Shown in pieces: positions 9,175 through 16,163 of a stretch of DNA of 54,880 nucleotides (position 1 is its first letter; every line of letters begins with the position of its first letter). The notes beneath the pieces were generated by a model. It saw nothing but the letters and a program-made list of their open reading frames with translations. It made no database searches and had not been told where the DNA came from. The position numbers and the translations under genes were made by a program. Source of the stretch: Candidatus Fermentibacter danicus (lineage in GTDB: Bacteria; Fermentibacterota; Fermentibacteria; Fermentibacterales; Fermentibacteraceae); assembly GCA_001618615.1 (NCBI GenBank), contig LKHB01000185.1, positions 34,934 to 89,813 on the forward strand, written 5' to 3'.

Positions 9175-10200
9175 TTGGGCCTGCGCCGCGAAGACATCTG
9201 GTTCGATCTCCCGGAGGGCCTGATCGCCCAGCACCCCGCCGGGGAGAGGACGGGCAGCAGGCTTCTCGTCGCGGACAGGTCCGCACGGACCGTATCCGAC
9301 CGGCGCTTCTCGGATCTTCCGGACCTGCTCACGCCGGGCGATCTCCTCGTCTTCAACGACACGAGGGTCACGAAGGTGCGTCTCCGAGGAAGGAGACGCG
9401 ACACCTCGGGCCGCGCGGAGGTTCTTCTGCTTGAGCGGACGGGCGATTACTCCTGGCGGGTGATGCTGAAGCCTTCGAGGAGGTGCCGGGCGGGGACCGT
9501 GCTGGATTTCGAGTGCGGCCTCCGGGGCGAGGTTCTGGAGGTTCACGGACCCGGCAGGGCCTCGATCGCCTTCCACGCACCGGGCGATCTGAAGGACGCC
9601 ATGGACAGGGCGGGAGACGTGCCGCTCCCCCCCTACATCAGGCGGGAAACGGTCCCCGACGACCTGGAACGGTATCAGACCGTGTACGCCGCGGCCGACG
9701 GAGCCGTCGCCGCTCCTACGGCGGGGCTCCATTTCGACGAGGAGATGCTCCGGAGGCTCGCTTCCAGGGGCATCGAATCAGCAAAGCTCACCCTGCACGT
9801 AGGGCCGGGCACCTTCGAGCCCCTCCGCAACGACGACATAGACTCGAACACTCTGGAACCCGAGCGCTTCGTGATCGGGGAGGAATGTTCCGAAGCAGTC
9901 TCCCGGGCCATCGACGAAGGGAGGAGGATCGTCGCGGTGGGAACTACGACCACGCGGGTGCTGGAGACGGCGGGACGGGGGATTCGTCCTTCCTCGGGCC
10001 GCACTTCCCTTTTCATACGGCCGCCTTATGATTTCCAGGTAGCGGGGGGTCTCCTGACAAACTTCCACCTGCCGGGCAGTTCGCTTCTCTGCCTCGTCTC
10101 GGCCTTCATGGGGCTCGACTTCATGCACGAGGCCTATTCGAGGGCCATCTCCGGGGAGTACAGGTTCTACAGCTATGGCGACGCGATGCTCATCACCTAG
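9175..10200 (+). CDS. queA: S-adenosylmethionine:tRNA ribosyltransferase-isomerase
   Basis: N-terminus FDLPEGLIAQHPAGER, PLPPYI and TAGLHF motifs, 341 aa. TTG start is preceded by AGGAG. Confidence 0.95.
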   Translation: MGLRREDIWFDLPEGLIAQHPAGERTGSRLLVADRSARTVSDRRFSDLPDLLTPGDLLVFNDTRVTKVRLRGRRRDTSGRAEVLLLERTGDYSWRVMLKPSRRCRAGTVLDFECGLRGEVLEVHGPGRASIAFHAPGDLKDAMDRAGDVPLPPYIRRETVPDDLERYQTVYAAADGAVAAPTAGLHFDEEMLRRLASRGIESAKLTLHVGPGTFEPLRNDDIDSNTLEPERFVIGEECSEAVSRAIDEGRRIVAVGTTTTRVLETAGRGIRPSSGRTSLFIRPPYDFQVAGGLLTNFHLPGSSLLCLVSAFMGLDFMHEAYSRAISGEYRFYSYGDAMLIT

Positions 10201-10209
10201 GATCGACCG

Positions 10210-11301
10210 TTGAAGGTAACTGCGAGAAGGATAGCCTGGGTCGGGAAGATCGGTCTTCCGGCAGGTCAGCACCTCATGCTGGCTCTCATGGAGACAGCCC
10301 TGATGTTCGCCTGGGCGGTGCTGCTGGATTCCATCCTCAGGTTCTTCACCAGCCTCTTCCTGAACGCCCTGCCTCTCACCATGCTGATCTCGGCCAACAT
10401 CCTCGCGCTTCTGGAGAGCCCGAGTTTCTCCCGCATGGCTGACCCGCTCACCGCCTTCGGCCTCGCGGAGGTGGACAAGCGGGGCGGCCTGCCGGCCAGA
10501 TGGAGGACTCTCATCAGGGTTCTGCTGACACCACCCTCGTTCCTGCTGGGCCTGGCAGGGTTCATCCCCGTCTTCTTCGGCAGGCGGTCCCTGCCCGAGA
10601 CCGCAGCGGGAGTGAAGCTCGTATTCCTGGATCCCTCGCACGATCCCCGCCCGCTCGAAGAGATAATCAGGGAAAGGCTCGGCAACAGGAAGACCGTCAT
10701 GGTCTATACCCTTCTGTCCCTGGCCATAGCGGGTGTCATCCTGTTCGTCCCTCTCCCCCGCGGGTCGATGATCCCCCAGGGCTCCAGGCCCAACGATCTG
10801 GGCATGTCTCCGCAGGACGCCGAGCTGCTGACCCTCTACCTCGAAATGACCGAACGATTCCCCGACAGCATCGAGTATCACGTCCGTCTGGCGAGCCTCT
10901 ACTTCAGAAACGACATGGACGGTGACCTGGCCTCGGAGATAAGGGAGATATCGCGGCTCGATCCGGAACACCCGATGCTGCTTCTGGCGGAGGACTACGA
11001 CGTGGACCTGTCCGATCTGACGGAGGGCGGAGCCGGATTTCCCACCCTCGGCGAAACGGGCTTCGGCCCCGGTTCGCTCGATCTGCGGCAGGCGACGGAT
11101 CCCACGGCGGACTCCACCGCCGCCTCGCCCGCCGGAGCCGGCGACCGGCAGCCCTCTCCCGATTCTCAGGCCCAGGCTCCTCCCGCGACACTCCCGGACG
11201 GCGCCTCCGGCGAACGGGAGGCAGAGGGCGGTCAGACATCCCCGCCACCGGACGGAACTGTCGCTCCGCCGCCGGAGCCGACCGACCCTGAACGGGGCTG
11301 A
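10210..11301 (+). CDS. multi-pass membrane protein (RDD-like N-terminal half) with a TPR-like segment and a Pro/Ala-rich tail
   Basis: Hydrophobic N-terminal half with ARRIAW... and ...FFGRRSLPETAAGVKLVF (RDD-like ends). One further TM helix, then a helical segment EYHVRLASLYFRNDMDGD, then a low-complexity PPATLPDG...PPPEP tail. Start is uncertain (TTG 10210 or ATG 10276). Confidence 0.55.
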   Translation: MKVTARRIAWVGKIGLPAGQHLMLALMETALMFAWAVLLDSILRFFTSLFLNALPLTMLISANILALLESPSFSRMADPLTAFGLAEVDKRGGLPARWRTLIRVLLTPPSFLLGLAGFIPVFFGRRSLPETAAGVKLVFLDPSHDPRPLEEIIRERLGNRKTVMVYTLLSLAIAGVILFVPLPRGSMIPQGSRPNDLGMSPQDAELLTLYLEMTERFPDSIEYHVRLASLYFRNDMDGDLASEIREISRLDPEHPMLLLAEDYDVDLSDLTEGGAGFPTLGETGFGPGSLDLRQATDPTADSTAASPAGAGDRQPSPDSQAQAPPATLPDGASGEREAEGGQTSPPPDGTVAPPPEPTDPERG

Positions 11302-11308
11302 CCCCGGA

Positions 11309-12430
11309 TTGCGCCCCGAAACCGGCTTCGACCTCCTGCGCGTCAGTGGCAGGGCAAGGAGAGGCAGGCTCCATCTGGCCCACGGCACGGTGGAGACGCC
11401 CGTCTTCATGCCGGTCGGCACCCAGGGGACCGTCAAGACCGCCCGGACAACCGATCTCGACGGCTTCGGCATGATACTTGCCAATACCTACCACCTCTAT
11501 CTCAGGCCGGGCGAGGATGTCATCGCCGCGGCGGGAGGGCTCCACGCCTTCACCGGCTACGGCGGGAACATCCTGACGGACAGCGGGGGCTTCCAGATCT
11601 TCAGCCTGTCGACACTCAGGAAGCGGACCGAGGATGGATACGAATTCCAGAGCCATGTCGACGGTTCCAGGCATCTGCTCACCCCCGAAAAGGTGATACG
11701 GCTCCAGACGGTGTTCGGCAGCGACGTGATGATGGTGCTGGACGAGTGCCTCGAGCAGCCTTCCTCCAGGCAGCGTACCGAGGAGTCCCTCGCACTCACG
11801 CTCAGGTGGGCGGAGAGGGCCAGGAAGGTCCACCCCGGAGGCGCAGCCGCGATGTTCGGCATAGTGCAGGGAGGCGGCTTCGGGGATCTCAGGGCGAAGG
11901 CCGCGAAAGCGCTCGTAAACATGGACTTCGATGGTTATGCCATCGGCGGGGTCTCCGTCGGGGAGCCCCGCCCGCTCATGGAGGCCGCAGTGGAGAGCTG
12001 CGTCGACCTCCTGCCCGAGAGCGGGCCGAGATACCTGATGGGCGTCGGGAAGCCGGAGGACATAGTCGATTTCACCGCCATGGGAGTGGACATGTTCGAC
12101 TGCGTAGTCCCGACGAGGAATGCGAGGGGCGGAGACTTCTTCGTGCCGGGCGGACATATCTGCATCAGGAACTCGAGATTCAGGAACGACCACGGGCCGC
12201 TGCAGCCGGACTGCGGATGCTTCGCCTGCACGCACCACTCGAGAGCCTACATCAGACACCTCTTTATGGCCAGGGAGTGGCTCGCCCCGATACTGGCCAC
12301 GCTGCACAACCTCGAGTACTACAGGCGTCTCATGGCCGAGATCAGGAACGCCGTCGAGGACGGTACATACATGGAGTGGCGGAGGGACTGGCACGCCAGG
12401 CGCGCATCATTCGACCCCGGGGCGTTCTGA
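11309..12430 (+). CDS. tgt: queuine tRNA-ribosyltransferase
   Basis: GRARRGRLHLAHGTVETPVFMPVGTQGTVK and the zinc site CGCFACTHHSRAYIRHL. Length 373 aa. Confidence 0.95.
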   Translation: MRPETGFDLLRVSGRARRGRLHLAHGTVETPVFMPVGTQGTVKTARTTDLDGFGMILANTYHLYLRPGEDVIAAAGGLHAFTGYGGNILTDSGGFQIFSLSTLRKRTEDGYEFQSHVDGSRHLLTPEKVIRLQTVFGSDVMMVLDECLEQPSSRQRTEESLALTLRWAERARKVHPGGAAAMFGIVQGGGFGDLRAKAAKALVNMDFDGYAIGGVSVGEPRPLMEAAVESCVDLLPESGPRYLMGVGKPEDIVDFTAMGVDMFDCVVPTRNARGGDFFVPGGHICIRNSRFRNDHGPLQPDCGCFACTHHSRAYIRHLFMAREWLAPILATLHNLEYYRRLMAEIRNAVEDGTYMEWRRDWHARRASFDPGAF

Positions 12431-12434
12431 CGAC

Positions 12435-13679
12435 ATGGAGAGGCTGTTCGTGGAGGCTCTCGGCAACGGGGTCGGAGGTGTTTCGAGACCTCCGGGCGAG
12501 CGCGTTACGTTCATCAGGGGGGCTCTGCCCGGGGAGACTGTTCTGTGCGAACCTTCGGAGAGCGGCGGCTCCTGGAGGGAGGCCGCGCTGGTGGAGATCG
12601 TCTCCCCATCCCCGGACAGGGTCGTCCCGTTCTGCGAACTGGCGGGCGAATGCGGCGGATGCCCGCTGCAGCACCTGTCATACCCGGAGCAGCTCAGATG
12701 GAAGAGGGAATGGGTGGCGACCGCGCTGCGCCGGGCCGGACTCCACTCTCCGGCGGTCGATCCGGTGCGCCCCTCCCCCGATACGGAGGGATACAGGAAC
12801 CGGGTCACCTTCGGGCTCGAGCACGGCAGGCTGCACCTGCACCGTTTCCGGGGCGACCCGCTTCCTGCAGACGACTGCCCCCTGCTCCTCGAATCCGGGC
12901 GCGAACTGGCGCGTTCACTCGCGGGCAGGGCCGGTTCCGGACCATGCAGGCTCACGGTCAGGGCCAGCCTTCTCGACGGCGGAAGGGCTCTCGAGTTCGA
13001 CGGATGCCCTCCCCCGGACCCGTCGGTCTTCCCCGGCGTCGCGATCTGGAGCAGGCCGCAGGAGGGAGGGAGCTGGGAGAGCCCCTGCGGATCGCCGCTG
13101 CTCGTCGAGCGGATCGCCGGAGCGGCGCTCAGGGTTCCCGCAGGCGGGTTCTTTCAGGTCAACAGCAGAGCGGCATCGGCCATGTCGGCCTTCGTCTCGG
13201 ACCTGGCGAGGAGCCGGGGAGGCGGACGGGTGCTGGATCTGTACGGAGGCGCCGGCACCTTCTCGATCCCCCTGGCCGCCTCTGGCATCCCCTCTCTCTG
13301 CGTGGACTCCTCCGCCGAGGCGATCCGGGCGGCGCGCATCACCGCCGGGGAACTGGGGCTCTCGGGCAGGTTCGAGGCCGTGTTGCGGGACGTCGGCTCC
13401 TTCCTGAGGGATGATTCGGAGACCCGTGAGGAGTTCGGAGCGGTGATCGCAGACCCGCCGAGGTCCGGCATGGGCGGGGGCGAAGCGGCGATGCTGGCGG
13501 CCCTCCGCTCCCCCGTGCTGATAATGGTGAGCTGCAATCCGTTCACCCTCGCCCGCGACCTCGCTCAACTTGCGGATTCATACGAGATCGAGGGAGTGAC
13601 GCCCTTCGACCTCTTCCCACATACGGACCACATCGAAACGGTATGCTTCCTCACGCGGAAGCCGGGCAAGCGAGGTTGA
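12435..13679 (+). CDS. RumA/RlmD-type (TrmA family) RNA uracil-5-methyltransferase with TRAM domain and Fe-S cluster
   Basis: Start ATG 12435 (MERLFVEALGNG...). The first ~105 codons of ORF 12120..13679 overlap tgt. Cys cluster CELAGECGGCPLQH, SAM motif VLDLYGGAGTFSIPLA, DPPRSG, and catalytic VSCNP. Confidence 0.9.
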   Translation: MERLFVEALGNGVGGVSRPPGERVTFIRGALPGETVLCEPSESGGSWREAALVEIVSPSPDRVVPFCELAGECGGCPLQHLSYPEQLRWKREWVATALRRAGLHSPAVDPVRPSPDTEGYRNRVTFGLEHGRLHLHRFRGDPLPADDCPLLLESGRELARSLAGRAGSGPCRLTVRASLLDGGRALEFDGCPPPDPSVFPGVAIWSRPQEGGSWESPCGSPLLVERIAGAALRVPAGGFFQVNSRAASAMSAFVSDLARSRGGGRVLDLYGGAGTFSIPLAASGIPSLCVDSSAEAIRAARITAGELGLSGRFEAVLRDVGSFLRDDSETREEFGAVIADPPRSGMGGGEAAMLAALRSPVLIMVSCNPFTLARDLAQLADSYEIEGVTPFDLFPHTDHIETVCFLTRKPGKRG

Positions 13680-13683
13680 ACCG

Positions 13684-15090
13684 ATGACGGGAATCGCACT
13701 CACGGCAATCCTGGGCGCCTTCCTCGGAGGAGGCTGGGTGCCTCCGGGACATCCCCTGTCGGAATGGATCCGCCATTCCGAGACCATGTCGGGCGAAATC
13801 GCCCCGGGCACAGGCCCGGCGCAGATACGATCCGGAGTCGCAGGGTCTCTTCCGGACGGGCTGCTCGACATGCTCAAGAGGCTGTCCCTCCCCGGAGCGG
13901 GAGGGGCCAGGGAGGTGACGGGGCTGGGAAGGTTCGGCGCTACGCTGCTCTGCGCCGTCGAAGCCGAGGATTCGACCTCCACCGAGACGAGAGCGGGAAC
14001 GAGCGTCGAGGCATTTCTGGAACCGGTGCCCGGACTCCAGTTGAGGGAGAGGCTCTCGGTCTGGGCATCCTCGGACGAGAACAGCCCCGGAGGGTTCACT
14101 CCCTTCCATGAGGGAGCCGAGCAGGGAAGGCACCTGTACGTCGACTGGGGATACGCCTCGTGGCGCCGAGGCGGTTTCGAGGCCGCCCTGGGCAGGATCC
14201 CCCAGATCTGGGGGCCCGGGAGGTTCACGAGCCTCCTGATCTCGGAAAACAGCCCGCCCCTGGACATGCTCCGCCTGTACTGGCAGCCGGCGGGATGGCT
14301 GAGGTTCACCGGCCTGACGGCGACCGTCGACAGCGACTCCTCGACCTATCTCTGCGCTCACAGGCTCGATGTCGTGCCTTACCGCTGGATACGCCTGGGG
14401 TTCTCCGAGTCGATTCTCTTCTCAAGCGACGGGCTCGAACTGGCCTACATGAATCCCGTGATCCCCTGGTACCCTGTCCAGTGGAACGAAAGGGAGGACG
14501 ACAACGCCATGCTCTGCATCGATGCGACCGTCTTCCCCGCCCGGGGCCTGTCCGCCTGGGGCGAACTCCTGATAGACGACCTGCAGTACCAGACGGAATG
14601 GGGAAGGCCGCACCGGCTGGGCTGGACCGCGGGAGCCGAATGGACCGCGGGAGCCACCGCCTTCACCGGCGAATACACCCGCATCGACCGCTTCGTCTAC
14701 AGCCAGAAGCTGCCCAGGAACTACTACCTCCACCACGGCTCGATCATCGGGTCCGGGCTGGGACCGGACTGCGACAGGGCGACGCTCGGGATATCGACCG
14801 CCGAGGCCTGGCCCCTGGTCGTCTCGCTTCGTGCGGATCACTCACGCCATGGCGAGGGGACCGTCTACGAGGGCTTCCCGGACTCGCTGCTCACGGACTA
14901 CGGGTTTCCGTCCGGAACCGTCGAGCATTCGACCGGAGCAGTCCTCGGGGTTTCGTACTACCCCGGCGGCCCGTTCGAGGCACATGCGACCGGAGGGATG
15001 AGGTGGACAAGGAATCTGGACCACCTGCCCGGGGAGGAATCCTCCGAAGCGGAGGGAAGCCTCGAACTCGTCGCCAGATTCGGACTGTAA
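13684..15090 (+). CDS. Wzi-like (capsule-assembly family) outer-membrane beta-barrel protein
   Basis: N-terminal hydrophobic leader. LGRIPQIWGPGRFTSLLISENSPPLDML matches the Wzi-family signature as I remember it. The C-terminal half is beta-rich with alternating residues. Confidence 0.7.
   Translation: MTGIALTAILGAFLGGGWVPPGHPLSEWIRHSETMSGEIAPGTGPAQIRSGVAGSLPDGLLDMLKRLSLPGAGGAREVTGLGRFGATLLCAVEAEDSTSTETRAGTSVEAFLEPVPGLQLRERLSVWASSDENSPGGFTPFHEGAEQGRHLYVDWGYASWRRGGFEAALGRIPQIWGPGRFTSLLISENSPPLDMLRLYWQPAGWLRFTGLTATVDSDSSTYLCAHRLDVVPYRWIRLGFSESILFSSDGLELAYMNPVIPWYPVQWNEREDDNAMLCIDATVFPARGLSAWGELLIDDLQYQTEWGRPHRLGWTAGAEWTAGATAFTGEYTRIDRFVYSQKLPRNYYLHHGSIIGSGLGPDCDRATLGISTAEAWPLVVSLRADHSRHGEGTVYEGFPDSLLTDYGFPSGTVEHSTGAVLGVSYYPGGPFEAHATGGMRWTRNLDHLPGEESSEAEGSLELVARFGL
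14623..14658 (+). repeat. in-frame 18-bp tandem duplication inside the Wzi-like gene
   Basis: tggaccgcgggagccgaa followed by tggaccgcgggagccacc. The first 15 nt are identical. It encodes WTAGAE-WTAGAT. Confidence 0.9.
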
Positions 15091-15196
15091 CCGGTCCTTT
15101 CTTTTCCACGGCTGCCTCGAGAATGAAACGGGAGGCGCCGGCGGTCCTGCCCCATCCCCGAACGGGGCACTACCCCGGTTTCTCTGGGGGGGAACA

Positions 15197-15224
15197 GCGG
15201 GGGCGGCTCTCCGCCGCCCCCTGC
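15197..15224. terminator. GC-rich hairpin between convergent genes (candidate bidirectional terminator)
   Basis: gcgggggcggc / tctcc / gccgccccc(t)gc gives a 9-bp GC stem plus 2 bp after a bulge. On the + strand it is followed by ttcttc. It lies between the stops at 15090 (+) and 15229 (-). Confidence 0.4.
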
Positions 15225-15228
15225 TTCT

Positions 15229-15858
15229 TCAGAAGAGCGTCTTCAACCTTCCCCAGGTGGACCTTGACAGACCGGACAGCGCATCCCCGCGGACACGGAT
15301 GAGGTAGTCACCCATATCCCCCAGGGGGAAGCTGTGCTGAGCGCCCGTGAAGTTCGGCCCGTCGTCCATGAGCAGGCTGGGCCAGCCTCCGCCGGACATC
15401 TCCGTGTTCACCACCACCCAGAAGTCCACGGGAACTTCGAGGGGAGGGTCGAAGACGGCGTAGCACGGCGCATAATGCTCCGCCGGGACCGAGACCTGAG
15501 CGATCAGCGTGGCCGGGCCTCCCTCATCGCCGGAATAGACCTCGGCCAGGAAGCTGGCCGTATCCCAGGGAAACGACGAATTGTGGTAAAACCAGAACTC
15601 GAGAGAGTCGACCTCCGCCGCGCAGGCTCCGGGGACGAAGTCCTCCAGATCGAACCACACCCCCCTGGAGGTCCCGTCCCAGATCAGCCAGAAGGCGGAA
15701 CCGTCGTCATACGCGAATACGCCATCGGTCGGGCCACCCTCCACCGGGAATGGATCCACCGGACTCACGGAACTGAACGCCGCTCCTCCCCATGCATGCG
15801 CCGCGGCCAGAGCCAGTGTGGCAGACAGGAGAACTGAAGAAATCGAACGATTACCCAT
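15229..15858 (-). CDS. small secreted protein of unknown family (signal peptide, beta-rich, conserved-looking C-terminal tail)
   Basis: Signal peptide MGNRSISSVLLSATLALAAAHAWGG. Beta-rich body (VFAYDDGSAFWLIWDG...FWVVVNTE...). Ends STWGRLKTLF. AGGAGG SD lies 8 nt before ATG 15858. A sigma54-type promoter lies upstream. Confidence 0.75.
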   Translation of the reverse strand: MGNRSISSVLLSATLALAAAHAWGGAAFSSVSPVDPFPVEGGPTDGVFAYDDGSAFWLIWDGTSRGVWFDLEDFVPGACAAEVDSLEFWFYHNSSFPWDTASFLAEVYSGDEGGPATLIAQVSVPAEHYAPCYAVFDPPLEVPVDFWVVVNTEMSGGGWPSLLMDDGPNFTGAQHSFPLGDMGDYLIRVRGDALSGLSRSTWGRLKTLF

Positions 15859-15884
15859 TGTCTCTCACCTCCTGCCATGTCTGA

Positions 15885-15900
15885 AGCAAGACGCGTTCCA
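15885..15900 (-). promoter_or_regulatory. candidate sigma54 (-24/-12) promoter of the secreted-protein gene
   Basis: The minus strand reads TGGAACGCGTCTTGCT, against consensus TGGCACG-N4-TTGCW. The GG-N10-GC spacing is exact, with one mismatch (C to A after GG). Predicted TSS is near 15875, giving a ~16-nt leader that contains AGGAGG. Confidence 0.6.
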
Positions 15901-15963
15901 TCGCCTCATCTAACTGCTCTGCATATAGTTATTGATTCAACTACGACGGCTTCCCTGCCGGAT

Positions 15964-16073
15964 ATGATCCATATTCTCCCAGATAGGGAAATTTTCCCTT
16001 TGTTTCGCTCAGGAAGAGATCCGTTTTCGACACTCCTGGGAATGGCATCATCTATCGAGTTGATATGGATCAT
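15964..16073. repeat. 11-bp inverted repeat pair flanking ~88 bp of AT-rich spacer
   Basis: atgatccatat at 15964-15974 and its exact reverse complement atatggatcat at 16063-16073. The right arm contains the ATG at 16065. Confidence 0.6.
15986..15998. promoter_or_regulatory. perfect 13-bp palindrome, candidate upstream activator/operator site
   Basis: GGGAAA-T-TTTCCC, centred ~93 bp upstream of the -24 GG of the sigma54-type promoter. Confidence 0.3.
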
Positions 16074-16083
16074 GATGGGTTAT

Positions 16084-16112
16084 TTGACCCGGACGCATCG
16101 TGTGGGGATATT
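16084..16112 (+). promoter_or_regulatory. candidate sigma70-type promoter for the enhancer-binding-protein gene
   Basis: TTGACC, a 17-nt spacer, then GATATT. It is followed ~35 nt later by GGGGAGGA (16147-16154) and GTG 16164. Confidence 0.25.
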
Positions 16113-16163
16113 CAGGATCATGGATGCGTCCCAGGGATGCAGCAGAGGGGAGGACTCCAGACG

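Noticed and set aside
9778-12394. Two very long antisense ORFs (9778..11484, 568 aa, and 10904..12394, 496 aa) opposite queA, the RDD-like gene and tgt.
   Set aside because: They have Arg/Pro/Gly-rich, low-complexity translations with no motifs. The opposite strand encodes unmistakable QueA and Tgt.
12120-12434. Upstream 105 codons of ORF 12120..13679.
   Set aside because: They overlap the tgt 3' end in another frame. The TRAM domain begins right after ATG 12435.
11746-13407. 553-aa + strand ORF overlapping tgt and the methyltransferase in another frame.
   Set aside because: Same high-GC shadow-ORF composition. The real frames carry Tgt and RumA-type motifs.
15920-15945. Possible IHF site in the AT-rich tract (AATCAATAACTAT on the minus strand).
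   Set aside because: It matches WATCAA but not the downstream TTR at the correct spacing. This is not enough to call.
16040-16060. TGGCATCATCTATCGA sigma54-like string upstream of the EBP gene.
   Set aside because: The -12 position reads ATCG, not TTGC, so no GC falls at the required distance.
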